Positions 63,976 through 64,000 of a stretch of 64,000 bases of DNA are shown here, piece after piece. The position numbers and the translations under genes are program-made. Source of the DNA: Clostridium sp. CAG:762 (GTDB lineage: Bacteria > Bacillota_I > Bacilli_A > RF39 > UBA660); contig HF996832.1 of assembly GCA_000432575.1 (NCBI GenBank), positions 4,632-68,631 of the forward strand. Direction: 5' to 3'. Below the pieces are notes generated by a model. The model saw nothing but the letters and a program-made list of their open reading frames with translations, did not search any database and had not been told where the DNA came from. Numbering within the stretch: position 1 is the stretch's first letter; each line of letters starts with the position of its first letter.

Positions 63976-64000
63976 TTTCTTTTTTTGTTTTTAAATTCTT

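Overview
This is a very AT-rich bacterial window that uses the standard genetic code. TGA acts as a stop codon and Trp is encoded by TGG. It most likely comes from a low-GC, spore-forming Bacillota genome. Supporting features are RNase HIII next to cvpA, GatCAB, a CotY/CotZ/ExsY-like coat protein and a BclA-like collagen protein.

Nearly all genes lie on the + strand. Housekeeping content:
- enolase (3' part)
- gatCAB
- holA and priA
- a FtsW/RodA-family gene
- rpsL-rpsG-fusA-tuf
- a long GluRS-like gene co-transcribed with tRNA-Gln(CUG), with tRNA-Glu(CUC) nearby
- murG-murB-divIB, then uppS-cdsA-rseP
- rnhC, cvpA, rpoZ, recX, tdk, ppdK and comEB

Accessory content:
- a complete DpnII-type GATC restriction-modification cassette (dpnM/dpnA/dpnB-like)
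- a PadR-DUF1700 operon
- a membrane-anchored serpin with 36-nt tandem repeats
- a LemA / DUF2207 / DUF45 / DUF2207 cluster
- exosporium-type proteins
- a decayed island next to tRNA-Glu (GNAT fragment, SPASM-only remnant of a radical-SAM maturase, GNAT, small kinase-like protein, orphan prepilin)
- two large secreted proteins, one with a TasA/SipW-type signal, behind a leader that carries a G9 tract
- an HD dNTPase-like protein fused to a CYTH domain and translationally coupled to tdk
- a DUF4143 ATPase
- a secreted S1 protease followed by a small Ig-like protein

I found no rRNA, CRISPR array, transposase or integrase.

The most unusual items are the HD-CYTH fusion, the surface-protein locus with its G9-containing leader, a five-copy intergenic motif (AACAG-YR-TAGCAAA), the tRNA-Gln/GluRS/tRNA-Glu arrangement and the repeat-bearing serpin. 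All functional calls rest on motif recognition by eye. No database search was run.
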